Shown: one piece after another, positions 1-8,436 of the stretch
Layout of the letters: each line of letters begins with the position of its first letter
Position numbering within the stretch: position 1 is the first letter of the stretch
Assembly: GCA_039679675.1 (NCBI GenBank)
Contig: JBDKUN010000050.1
Span: 1 to 64,000 of the forward strand
Direction of reading: 5' to 3'
DNA length: 64,000 nucleotides
From: Armatimonadota bacterium
GTDB lineage: Bacteria > Armatimonadota > UBA5829 > DTLH01
Translations under genes and position numbers: made by a program
Notes under the pieces: model-generated
What the model saw: the letters and a program-made list of their open reading frames with translations, nothing else
Told to the model about the DNA's origin: nothing
Database searches by the model: none

Positions 1-126
1 AGATTTGAGACTCTTAACGACCTCAAGGATGCTGCACGTAGCACTTTTGATTCGTTGATAGGTGCTCCCTGGCGAGTGCTCAGCATTATTGGAGGCAACA
101 GACTACATCTAGCGGAGGCTACTTAG
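1..126 (+). mobile_element. 3' end of an ORF running in from the left edge, possibly an IS630-family transposase C-terminus
   Basis: Frame 1 is open from the window edge (RFETLNDLKDAARSTFDSLIGAPWRVLSIIGGNRLHLAEAT*) and ends at ...GCTACTTAG. The F-x-T-L-x-D-L helix and this ending resemble IS630 right ends; only 41 codons are visible. Confidence 0.35.
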
Positions 127-310
127 CTATAGCGGACTTCTGTTTTTCATCCATAAGGCACTTTCTCCTCCTGACCTGAACAAGATTCTCTACATACTAT
201 ATCTTGCGAATGAGGCCAAATGCAACACGAAAACAGAGGAAAACCAGCCCGGACTTAAGTAATCATACATGGCAGTTTTTTACTGTAAGTTATTTGTTAA
301 AGGACTTCTC

Positions 311-1525
311 ATGAAAGATAACGAGAGACCGGGAGGGATTGCTGGTCTTTCTCCCGTTATAGTAGTACTTGGAATAGTGAGCCTTTTGACCGACTTGTCG
401 TCGGAGATGATTGTACCGCTCGTCCCGGTATTTCTCACGACAACACTCGGCGCGCCGGTGCAGCTTTTAGGCATAATCGAAGGCGTAGCGGAGAGCACCG
501 CAAGCCTCCTCCGGGTCTATGCAGGATGGCTTGCGGACAAATTCGGCAGGCCGAAGCTTCTGGCTGTTTGCGGCTACGGGCTGTCATCCATAGCCAAGCC
601 GTTTTTAGCCATTTCTACATCCTGGATCCATGTGTTCGCCGTCCGGTTCGCGGACAGGTTCGGAAAAGGTGTCAGGTCCGCTCCAAGAGATGTAATCATA
701 GCCGAATCGGCCCCGCAGGAGATCAGGGGAAAGGCGTTCGGATTCCACAGGATGATGGATACGACCGGCGCAGTGCTCGGCCCGTTGGCGGCATACCTCA
801 TTTTGAGCATGGCCAAAGGCGGAAGCGGTGCGGCTTACCGCACTGTCTTTTTATGGGGAGCCGTCCCGGCGCTTCTCGCCGTAGCGGTACTTGCCAAGTA
901 TGTGCCGGAGAAACCCAAAGAAGTCAGGCCGGTCAACCCGCCGAAAATCAAGTGGGGGGAACTGAGCACGCATCTCAAATTGTTTCTGGTAGTTGTCGCA
1001 GTGTTCCAGATCGGCAACTCAAGCGATGCGTTTCTCATTTTGAGGGCGAAAAATGTGGGTGTGAGCGTTGAGCATGTGCTCCTGATCTATGCGCTTTTCA
1101 ACGTAGTCTCGGCAGCGTTTTCCATGCCAGCCGGAATTGCTTCAGACAAGGTCGGGCGAGGGCCGATTCTGCTCCTGGGGTTTATGATTTTCACTGCAAC
1201 ATATTATGGATTCGCAATAGCGAAGAGCCCAGCTACCATTTGGCTGCTCTTTGCTGTTTATGGGCTATATGTGGGCTTGACGGGCGGAGTGCTGAGGGCA
1301 TTTGCCGCTGACCTCGCACCAGCCGAACTGCGCGGGACGGTAATCGGCGCTTATTTTACGATAGAAGGGCTTTCTCTCTTACCTGCGAGCGCTATAGCCG
1401 GATTTTTGTGGAACAGAATAAGCCCGGCTGCGCCGTTCTACTACGGCGCGGCAACGGCGCTCATCGCAGCCTTGATGCTCATCTTCCTGCTGCCTTCAAG
1501 AAGAGCACGGCACGAAGCGGCATAG
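311..1525 (+). CDS. MFS transporter
   Basis: About 12 TM segments; motif A (GWLADKFGRP, GIASDKVGRG); DRFGKGVRSAPRD. Start moved to ATG 311 (AGGA upstream). Confidence 0.9.
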   Translation: MKDNERPGGIAGLSPVIVVLGIVSLLTDLSSEMIVPLVPVFLTTTLGAPVQLLGIIEGVAESTASLLRVYAGWLADKFGRPKLLAVCGYGLSSIAKPFLAISTSWIHVFAVRFADRFGKGVRSAPRDVIIAESAPQEIRGKAFGFHRMMDTTGAVLGPLAAYLILSMAKGGSGAAYRTVFLWGAVPALLAVAVLAKYVPEKPKEVRPVNPPKIKWGELSTHLKLFLVVVAVFQIGNSSDAFLILRAKNVGVSVEHVLLIYALFNVVSAAFSMPAGIASDKVGRGPILLLGFMIFTATYYGFAIAKSPATIWLLFAVYGLYVGLTGGVLRAFAADLAPAELRGTVIGAYFTIEGLSLLPASAIAGFLWNRISPAAPFYYGAATALIAALMLIFLLPSRRARHEAA

Positions 1526-1592
1526 GGGTTTTCTAGCGAAAGCACGAAATTTTGAAAAACACGAAATAAGAAATGAAGTGGAAGGTAGTAAT

Positions 1593-2627
1593 ATGGGCTA
1601 TATTCCTCTAATTCATATAACTGATTTGAGTGTGCCTCCGGGAGATCCGGATGATCATATAGACTTAGCCACTGTTTATGCTCTGCAAGAGTTTGACCTG
1701 CGTGCTGTGATTCTAGATCAATCAGTCGGATGGGAAGGTATTTACCCTGTTGAACCTGCGTTTATTCCGGTTGTTCAGTTGAACTATCTGACAGGACGCG
1801 CGGTTCCGGTTGCCGCTGGGCCGCTTAAACACCTCGAAAGTCCTGATGATGCAGCGCTAGACCATCCACTGCATGACCAGGCTGGAATTGAGCTTATACT
1901 TCGGGTTTTGCGAGAGAGTTCGGAGCCTGTGTATGTGTCGGTTGTCGGGTCGGCACGTCCCTTGGCCGCTGCGTATAACCGTGACCCGGATATGGTGCGT
2001 AAAAAAGTGCGTGCAATTCTGCTTAATGCCGGAAGCACAGGCAGTTTCTTTGAATGGAATGTAGAAATAGATCCAATGGCGTATATCTGCCTGTTTAAAA
2101 GTGGAATGACCATCTATTGGTATCCTTGCGCTACCGAAAACGGGCCATTTGATTCGGACAATCACAATACGTTCTGGCGGACATCGCACAGAACAATATT
2201 CAAAGACCTCCCCCTGCCGATGAGGGCATGGTTCACACATTCTTACTCGGGAAATATGCGCGGAGATATCATCCGAGCCCTTCATGAGCAAGGGAACTGG
2301 TCACCATGGGACAACATCTTCAGTGCTCCGGCGAGAAACCTTTGGTCTACTGCATCTCTCATTACTGCAGCTAATCGAGCTCTTGTAAAAACAGGAGAAG
2401 GCTGGCGGTTTGTTTCCAAGAGCGAAGCTACGACAGATGCTGCACGCCAGAGATTAGGCCTCAAGCCGGTAAATGTGACGATAGATGAAGGCGCTATAAC
2501 CAGTTGGACTCCGAGCGAGGGCGGTTCGAATGTGATGCTGTACGGGCGAGATCACGGGCCGGAGCATACCGAAGCGATGGCGGAAGCCCTCAACGCGCTT
2601 CTGTGCTCGATTCACGCAGAGTTATGA
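1593..2627 (+). CDS. Nucleoside hydrolase-like protein (IU-NH fold)
   Basis: N-terminal HITDL...GDPDDHIDL Asp cluster and EWNVEIDP, typical of the nucleoside hydrolase superfamily. Confidence 0.65.
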   Translation: MGYIPLIHITDLSVPPGDPDDHIDLATVYALQEFDLRAVILDQSVGWEGIYPVEPAFIPVVQLNYLTGRAVPVAAGPLKHLESPDDAALDHPLHDQAGIELILRVLRESSEPVYVSVVGSARPLAAAYNRDPDMVRKKVRAILLNAGSTGSFFEWNVEIDPMAYICLFKSGMTIYWYPCATENGPFDSDNHNTFWRTSHRTIFKDLPLPMRAWFTHSYSGNMRGDIIRALHEQGNWSPWDNIFSAPARNLWSTASLITAANRALVKTGEGWRFVSKSEATTDAARQRLGLKPVNVTIDEGAITSWTPSEGGSNVMLYGRDHGPEHTEAMAEALNALLCSIHAEL

Positions 2628-2637
2628 TGCTTTGAAA

Positions 2638-2703
2638 GATGCTGCGGGAATGGCAGGTTTAAGATAATCATGCAAAATGCACAGAATCAATTCCCGCAGC
2701 ATC
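2638..2703. repeat. Perfect 14-bp inverted repeat with a long loop between convergent genes (possible terminator)
   Basis: GATGCTGCGGGAAT (2638-2651) and ATTCCCGCAGCATC (2690-2703). Confidence 0.6.
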
Positions 2704-2775
2704 ATAAATACAGCCCGAGTAAGTCAGCCCTGGGCAGGTCCCCAGTTCCATCTAGCGCTTTCGTGCTTTAGTTTG

Positions 2776-5643
2776 TTACTTCGCCAGGAGCTCATGCACC
2801 GGACTGGCTTTCAGCTTCTCCAGCTTCGCCTCGCCTGACTTGTTGTCAGGAAAGACATAATAGACCCCGCAGGTAACATCACTCATGGTCAGTTCCAGCG
2901 TATCTTTTGCCTTGACACGGTTGGTCTTGCCGGTCAGCATGTCATACACGATGTATTTGCCAGGTTTGGAAACGGGAACCTTCACAGCCGCGTTGAAGCC
3001 TGGGTTAGTGTAGAGAAGCCGCTGCTTTCGGTTCATATCGTAGACGAAGCTCCAGTCGTCCAGAGTTTTCTTCGCCCAGAGGACATGGGCTGTGCCGCCG
3101 TCTTTCATACCGTAACTGTGAACCATTACGTCATCTACGGAATTCGCAACTTTTTTTGCTCCAAGATACTCAGCCAGAGCTGCAGCCACTTTGCGGTCGA
3201 GTGCGAGAGTCTCCGGCTCACCTGAGCGGTAATGGAGATAGACCGTTCTGCCGCCGGAAGGAAGCCAAAACTCGCTCACAAGCGGATGGCCGGATGCCGA
3301 GAGGAGCACTTTTCCGCCTTTTGCCTCATAAAGATCATTCGGGAGTGTAATCGGTTCGCCGATACTGAAAACTCCCTCGAAGGGCTTGCTGATCCTGTCG
3401 ATTACAGCATCTTTGGGGGCTGTGATCTGAGTTATCTTCGGCAGTCCCCACGGTTTGCCGCCGTTCGGGTCGCCAATCGATCTCTGCTCCGGGAACCAGT
3501 GCAGGTTGAACATAAGGCCGCCGTTACGGCGCGTCGGCTGAGAGCTGTGACATATGAGCACATGCGACGGGTCTGCAACGAGCCATTTTCTTATTCTCTC
3601 TACACAAGCCGGAGGGACTTCCGTAACTCCCCAGAAGATCGCCTTATAATCCTCAAGCGGGGCGTAGCGGATCGGGTCCATGAGGTCGAATGACAGCCCT
3701 TCGGATGCAAGAGCTTCAGCCGCGCAGCCGTCCCATTGGTCTTTTCTGGCGGCGAAACCGTAGAAAATATCTCCCCTGTATCTGTTGATGTTGCGGGATG
3801 TGACAACTGCCACTTTCGACTCGGATTTTTTCGGCTTATCAGCCTTGTACTGGTCGAAAGCGTATACTTTCGACATAGTGTCTCTAAACCGGTCGAACTG
3901 CGCGGCGTTTGCAGTATTATCTATTTGATTGATCGGCGCTTCGTCCAGAAAATCGTTCTTGATTATGTTGGTTTCGAGCGCAGTGCATACATCGTAGGCC
4001 ATAGCATAGCTGACCTGCGAGTCGTAATAGGGCTTGCCGTGGCCGCATACGCCTGTCTCGAAGCAGGGGCCGGCCAGATTTCCGGATTCGCGGACATTTT
4101 TTGCAAGATAACGGCCGCTTCTATACAAAGCATCTGTCCATTCAGGATTACCGAAATATTCAGGCAGGTTGCACTGAAGCCCCTCCATCCTGGCCGCGTA
4201 GATATAGTCCGCCGCGTCTCCCAGGTCTTCCGGGTTCGGGATAATCCAGAGGTTTCCACCCTTCGATTTCATATAAAGCCCGATGTCCTGCAGGAATTTC
4301 AGCCACTCGTAGTGGTTCAGAGTTATAAAGACAAACATGTTCCGGCGTGCAGTTTCACCGCCCTTTATAACTTCCTGCTCGGTAGTTGGAGTATACTCAT
4401 CCCAGCTTTTATATCCAAGGTCTCCTGGTTTGAACTTGAAGCCGGAATAGTCCGCAAAATAGTCCCAGAAAGTGGCAATTCTGGTCCTTTTTCCTTCGAT
4501 AAGCTTCAGCCCACCGTCTGTTCCGTTCAGCGCTTTTCTATATGCCTTGATGTCGGACTTGCAGTATCCCCATCTCCCGCCGAAATACGGCCAGACGTAG
4601 TCTACCAGGCAAAGAGTGTTTATCCCTGAAGCCATAATAGCGTCGGCACGGCGTTTGTTCATATTAATGAAATCAGCGTTGCAATGGCAGGCTGAATGCC
4701 CCGTATCGAACTTGTTTGGTGTGATATTGTTGCTTTCGCCGTCCCAGCGGGTACACCAGGCCTGCTTTTCGGTCATCTCCACTGCGAAATCATGTCCGTC
4801 CTGATGCTCTTCAAGGAGCGGCCGTCCGAGTTTGACCAGTCTTTCGCTAAGTTTTCCTGCTCTATCGTATCCGTCGAACCCGCAGGAAGCTATTGCGATA
4901 GACGGGGACAGCTTACAGATGTCATCCAGGTTGGTCGGATGAAGTCTGTTCTCCCAGAAATTCATGCTCCCGGTAAGGAAGGCAAAGCCTGCAGGGTTGG
5001 TGCCGTTCAAAGGCTTGTGATCTTCAGGTATATCAGTATATAAGCGTGGAAGATTGTCCGGGTCGAGGAGGTCTTTTTTGCCCGCCGGGCCTGACATGAA
5101 GATATTATCGAGGTAGAAGGTGATCTCTCCATCTTTCCCGCCGGGCTCCACAGTGATTTTATTGATAATGTCCCAGTTATCTTCCTTGTCTCCCAGCCTG
5201 TACATGGCAAAATCCGACTTCTTGATCTCGAAATGGTGCCATATGCCGGGCTGCAGTTTTTTCGCGTCTATACCGGTGAGCCACCGGTCTCCGTCGGTCT
5301 CTGAAAGGTAGATTGCGACTCCAGCTTTGCCGTTGTTCTCTGCGACCATAAGGTCCAGGCTCAACGTGTCATATCCCTTCGCAGGAGCGGCCCAACTGTT
5401 GACCCAAAACTGGTCGTTGGCGTCCGGGTTTGAGCGCCAGTGGATTTTGAGGCTATACGGCCCGCCATTATTCGGTGTATCTACAATCGCCAGCTCTCCG
5501 CTGGTCCCCCAGCCGCTGATGGCGCTCTGCATTGCCGCCTGACGAGGTGTCATAGCGGCTGCAGATAATGTTGAGATAGCAAGAAGCGTAACGCTTGCGG
5601 TTATCACGTTCAAAACACAACCCTCCACATGGTTCGATGCCAT
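2776..5643 (-). CDS. Large secreted protein, putative glycoside hydrolase (CBM-like N-domain, central catalytic domain, GH42-trimerisation-like C-domain)
   Basis: 955-aa ORF with a hydrophobic N-terminal signal; CBM-like jelly-roll segment (YDTLSLDL...GWHHFEI...FYLDNI); KVAVV...LASEGLSFDLMD...YKAIF segment resembling the beta-galactosidase middle domain. Exact start uncertain. Confidence 0.55.
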   Translation of the reverse strand: MASNHVEGCVLNVITASVTLLAISTLSAAAMTPRQAAMQSAISGWGTSGELAIVDTPNNGGPYSLKIHWRSNPDANDQFWVNSWAAPAKGYDTLSLDLMVAENNGKAGVAIYLSETDGDRWLTGIDAKKLQPGIWHHFEIKKSDFAMYRLGDKEDNWDIINKITVEPGGKDGEITFYLDNIFMSGPAGKKDLLDPDNLPRLYTDIPEDHKPLNGTNPAGFAFLTGSMNFWENRLHPTNLDDICKLSPSIAIASCGFDGYDRAGKLSERLVKLGRPLLEEHQDGHDFAVEMTEKQAWCTRWDGESNNITPNKFDTGHSACHCNADFINMNKRRADAIMASGINTLCLVDYVWPYFGGRWGYCKSDIKAYRKALNGTDGGLKLIEGKRTRIATFWDYFADYSGFKFKPGDLGYKSWDEYTPTTEQEVIKGGETARRNMFVFITLNHYEWLKFLQDIGLYMKSKGGNLWIIPNPEDLGDAADYIYAARMEGLQCNLPEYFGNPEWTDALYRSGRYLAKNVRESGNLAGPCFETGVCGHGKPYYDSQVSYAMAYDVCTALETNIIKNDFLDEAPINQIDNTANAAQFDRFRDTMSKVYAFDQYKADKPKKSESKVAVVTSRNINRYRGDIFYGFAARKDQWDGCAAEALASEGLSFDLMDPIRYAPLEDYKAIFWGVTEVPPACVERIRKWLVADPSHVLICHSSQPTRRNGGLMFNLHWFPEQRSIGDPNGGKPWGLPKITQITAPKDAVIDRISKPFEGVFSIGEPITLPNDLYEAKGGKVLLSASGHPLVSEFWLPSGGRTVYLHYRSGEPETLALDRKVAAALAEYLGAKKVANSVDDVMVHSYGMKDGGTAHVLWAKKTLDDWSFVYDMNRKQRLLYTNPGFNAAVKVPVSKPGKYIVYDMLTGKTNRVKAKDTLELTMSDVTCGVYYVFPDNKSGEAKLEKLKASPVHELLAK

Positions 5644-5723
5644 TTATAGTAGACGTTACATGTTTACAGCCCTTGCCTGAGGCGCTATAGCTACCATTCA
5701 GTGACAATGTTGTGTAAAATGAG

Positions 5724-5752
5724 TTGACTCGGACAATTTAAGATGGTATATT
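5724..5752 (+). promoter_or_regulatory. Sigma70-type promoter
   Basis: TTGACT-N17-TATATT with an extended -10 TG; no long ORF downstream on this strand. Confidence 0.7.
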
Positions 5753-5756
5753 ATCC

Positions 5757-5997
5757 ATGACAAATGAGGAGGTGGTGACTAATTATGATTAATAGTCGAC
5801 GAGGTGATTTTGCGGGCTAAAAGTTTTAGCTCAAAGAGTTTTGCCTGAAACACTTGTTGCATCAGATGCAAGACTCTTTAGGTCACTTGTGACCTCCGGG
5901 TCATGAACGTAGCCCTCACAAGCACCTCAACTACCTGTGAGGGTAGGAAAAATGGCCGTCGCCTTCCTTTGGAATGGCGGCGGCCACCTTTATTTTT
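5757..5997 (+). ncRNA. Candidate structured small RNA or small-ORF transcript
   Basis: Lies between the promoter and a terminator; consecutive stem-loops at about 5813-5832, 5833-5879, 5880-5895 and 5912-5944; SD GAGGAGGTG followed by an 11-codon ORF at 5785-5820. Confidence 0.5.
5953..5997. terminator. Probable bidirectional intrinsic terminator
   Basis: TGGCCGTCGCC-TTCC-ttt-GGAA-t-GGCGGCGGCCA stem, followed by TTTATTTTT on + and preceded by AAAAA (T-tract on -). Confidence 0.75.
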
Positions 5998-6007
5998 CAC
6001 CCATCCA

Positions 6008-6811
6008 TTAACGATTTCCGAAGATCTCGACTCTCGTGCCGATAGGTGTTATATCATACAGTTCCTTCGCATCTGTCCTATCCAGCCTGATACACCCCGA
6101 CGAGGCCGGATGCCCAAGCAGACGGTATTCGCTCGGATATGTCCCATGGATAAAATGTCCCTTCCAGAAGTTCATTGCATGTGTCATCCATACCTGATAC
6201 TCATTCGACCAGTACATGGGGTTTTTATAAGTTATACGGAAGACACCTACGTGGTCGTGGGGCATGGGACTGTCCTGATATTTGGTAAGAAACACCCCCG
6301 ATCTCGACCCGGATGTCAGATAAGCGTTGGTAACGATATTATTATGCATCCGGTACAGACGCTGTCTGTCGGGGTTCCGCAGATCGACATAAATACCGTT
6401 CGCGGTCCTGTTCCTGAGTATCTCCGGCCTGAACAGATAGTCCTTCGAGTCCGTTGCCATCAGTTGGCCTTCGCTGCTGTAGCCGTTTACATAGACCGTA
6501 AAGCGGATTGTGTCGAGAAAAGGTATCAGCCAAGTGACTTTACCCTGCTTTGCAGGAATGTCCTCGCCGATGACTATGTCGAACCTGCCCCTTGGTGCGC
6601 CCGGCCTCGATATAAGGTTCCCCATTGCTTCCACGGAAACCTTACTGAGTCCGTCGCTGGTCCACGTTATATCATAGGTTTTGCCTTCCGCCAACTGCCG
6701 AGGCACAGGCTCGCCGGGTTTCAGGACCAGTACATCTGCCGTCGCAGCCGTGACGAGCAAAACCATCGCCGCAACTATAAAAATCGCGGCCAGCACATTG
6801 CCTGGTCTCAC
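6008..6811 (-). CDS. L,D-transpeptidase family protein (YkuD/ErfK domain) with signal peptide
   Basis: FIHGT...LGHPASSGCIRL catalytic His/Cys motif; N-terminal signal and small beta domain. Confidence 0.9.
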   Translation of the reverse strand: MRPGNVLAAIFIVAAMVLLVTAATADVLVLKPGEPVPRQLAEGKTYDITWTSDGLSKVSVEAMGNLISRPGAPRGRFDIVIGEDIPAKQGKVTWLIPFLDTIRFTVYVNGYSSEGQLMATDSKDYLFRPEILRNRTANGIYVDLRNPDRQRLYRMHNNIVTNAYLTSGSRSGVFLTKYQDSPMPHDHVGVFRITYKNPMYWSNEYQVWMTHAMNFWKGHFIHGTYPSEYRLLGHPASSGCIRLDRTDAKELYDITPIGTRVEIFGNR

Positions 6812-6911
6812 TTTATTTCACCGAATATCCTATCTCCTCACCCCGTCTGGAAGACGAAATGAGGCAGCTTTTGTAAGTTCACAATAGAGGTTTATTACCT
6901 CTATTTTTGGT

Positions 6912-6938
6912 ATACCCCAGGCAATTTTGAGCCAAAAC
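6912..6938 (-). promoter_or_regulatory. SigB/SigF-type promoter
   Basis: GTTT-N17-GGGTAT on - strand, about 100 nt upstream of the L,D-transpeptidase start. Confidence 0.5.
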
Positions 6939-6975
6939 AGGTAAGAAATCCTCGCACTGCTGCACGCCGTTTTTC

Positions 6976-8241
6976 TTATACATCTTCCAAAGTAACGTAT
7001 CTCTTTCTATCTTCCCTGATGTAATGCATTGCCAGGAACAAGCAGATGGTCAACCCGATTGCACTGGCTATAAACGGCGTATAATGCGAATCCAGGTTGA
7101 TTCTGAAGAAGTGTACAGGTACATTCACGTATAGAAAACCACCAAGGGCCACACCCAATATAATCCCGGCTCCTTCACCCGTGCCTATCGCACCGATTAC
7201 CGCTCCCCTTACCTCTTCGGCGGACATATCAGCCACTAGAGCAAGCCAAGCTGGCATTCCTATCACGAATCCGGAGCCTATGATGGTAGCAAGGACCGCA
7301 AGATGCCATGGTTCGTGTATCACTGGGACAAAATACATTGCAGCGGCAGCAATTCCTATTCCGATGTATACAGAGTTTACTTTCCCCCATATCCCGGCGA
7401 GCCGGCCGGCCGCAAGAGTTGCCACAGCCAGTATGAGAGCGACCGGAAGGACGAGAAGACCGTATCCGAACTCGCTCATACCAAGTTCCTGCATGGCAAA
7501 AAGTTTGACCACCGGGATAAGCATGCCGAATGAAAAGAAAACAACCGCAGCAATCAGCATAAAATCAGGAAAAGCCTTAAGACCTATACGCATCTGCGTG
7601 AGAAAAGGCAGCTTCAGCCCACCGTCGCTTGCCGCAGTGCCACTTTCTCGCTTTTTCGGCACGATAAAATAGACCAGAACAGCCGTAAGCATGAACAACA
7701 GGCTTGCAACATAAAACGACGTTTCCTTGGAATGCGTAATATCATTTGAAAACCCGCCGAAAAGCGGACCGAGAGACAATCCGACAAGATATGTGAGCGT
7801 AAAAGCGCCCATGGCTGTGGTACGCCTCTCCGTCGGAACAGTCTCGCTCATAGCTACGATAGTTATAGTCCAAATACCCGCAGAGCTTATTCCATCCAGC
7901 ACGCGAATACCCAGTATCACCCAGATGTTACGTACCACCGTCCATAAGTACGCGGAAAATGCGCCGATAATAGCCGCAGACACATACATAGGCCGCACCC
8001 CCACCCTATCAGCCAGAGTTCCCATTGGAGCCTTAGAGAGAGTCTCCGCTATAAGCCAGGCGGCATATATTATCCCGATATAGCCGGTCCAGCCGAGCAT
8101 CACAACGTAAGGAGGTATAGCGGACTGGTTCAGGACTCCATATCCGAGGTGCGCAGCGGAGGCTGCCAACCCGACCATGAAGGTCTGCCTGTACGCACTA
8201 AAACCCTCCACAAGCCATTTGCAGGTATCCCTCACATTCAT
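6976..8241 (-). CDS. MFS transporter (DHA1-like)
   Basis: GTLADRVGVR motif A, about 12 TM segments. Confidence 0.88.
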   Translation of the reverse strand: MNVRDTCKWLVEGFSAYRQTFMVGLAASAAHLGYGVLNQSAIPPYVVMLGWTGYIGIIYAAWLIAETLSKAPMGTLADRVGVRPMYVSAAIIGAFSAYLWTVVRNIWVILGIRVLDGISSAGIWTITIVAMSETVPTERRTTAMGAFTLTYLVGLSLGPLFGGFSNDITHSKETSFYVASLLFMLTAVLVYFIVPKKRESGTAASDGGLKLPFLTQMRIGLKAFPDFMLIAAVVFFSFGMLIPVVKLFAMQELGMSEFGYGLLVLPVALILAVATLAAGRLAGIWGKVNSVYIGIGIAAAAMYFVPVIHEPWHLAVLATIIGSGFVIGMPAWLALVADMSAEEVRGAVIGAIGTGEGAGIILGVALGGFLYVNVPVHFFRINLDSHYTPFIASAIGLTICLFLAMHYIREDRKRYVTLEDV

Positions 8242-8436
8242 ATTCCTTCTATATCCGAAAAGGCAGCCGTCTCAACATGCGCATAAGTAACGAGGTATGA
8301 GAAATGAGAGATATGGTATTTTTGATCACTAATACGTCAAATACGTGCTCAAGAAGTATTAAGCAGGGTTTTCTTATCGAGATATAGAACTAGCCTATAA
8401 GTTAAAAAATTCCGTGGGGCTTGGAGGCATGGTTGT

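Noticed and set aside
5903..6862. 319-aa + strand ORF
   Set aside because: Antisense shadow of the L,D-transpeptidase; it runs through the terminator and has no recognisable motifs.
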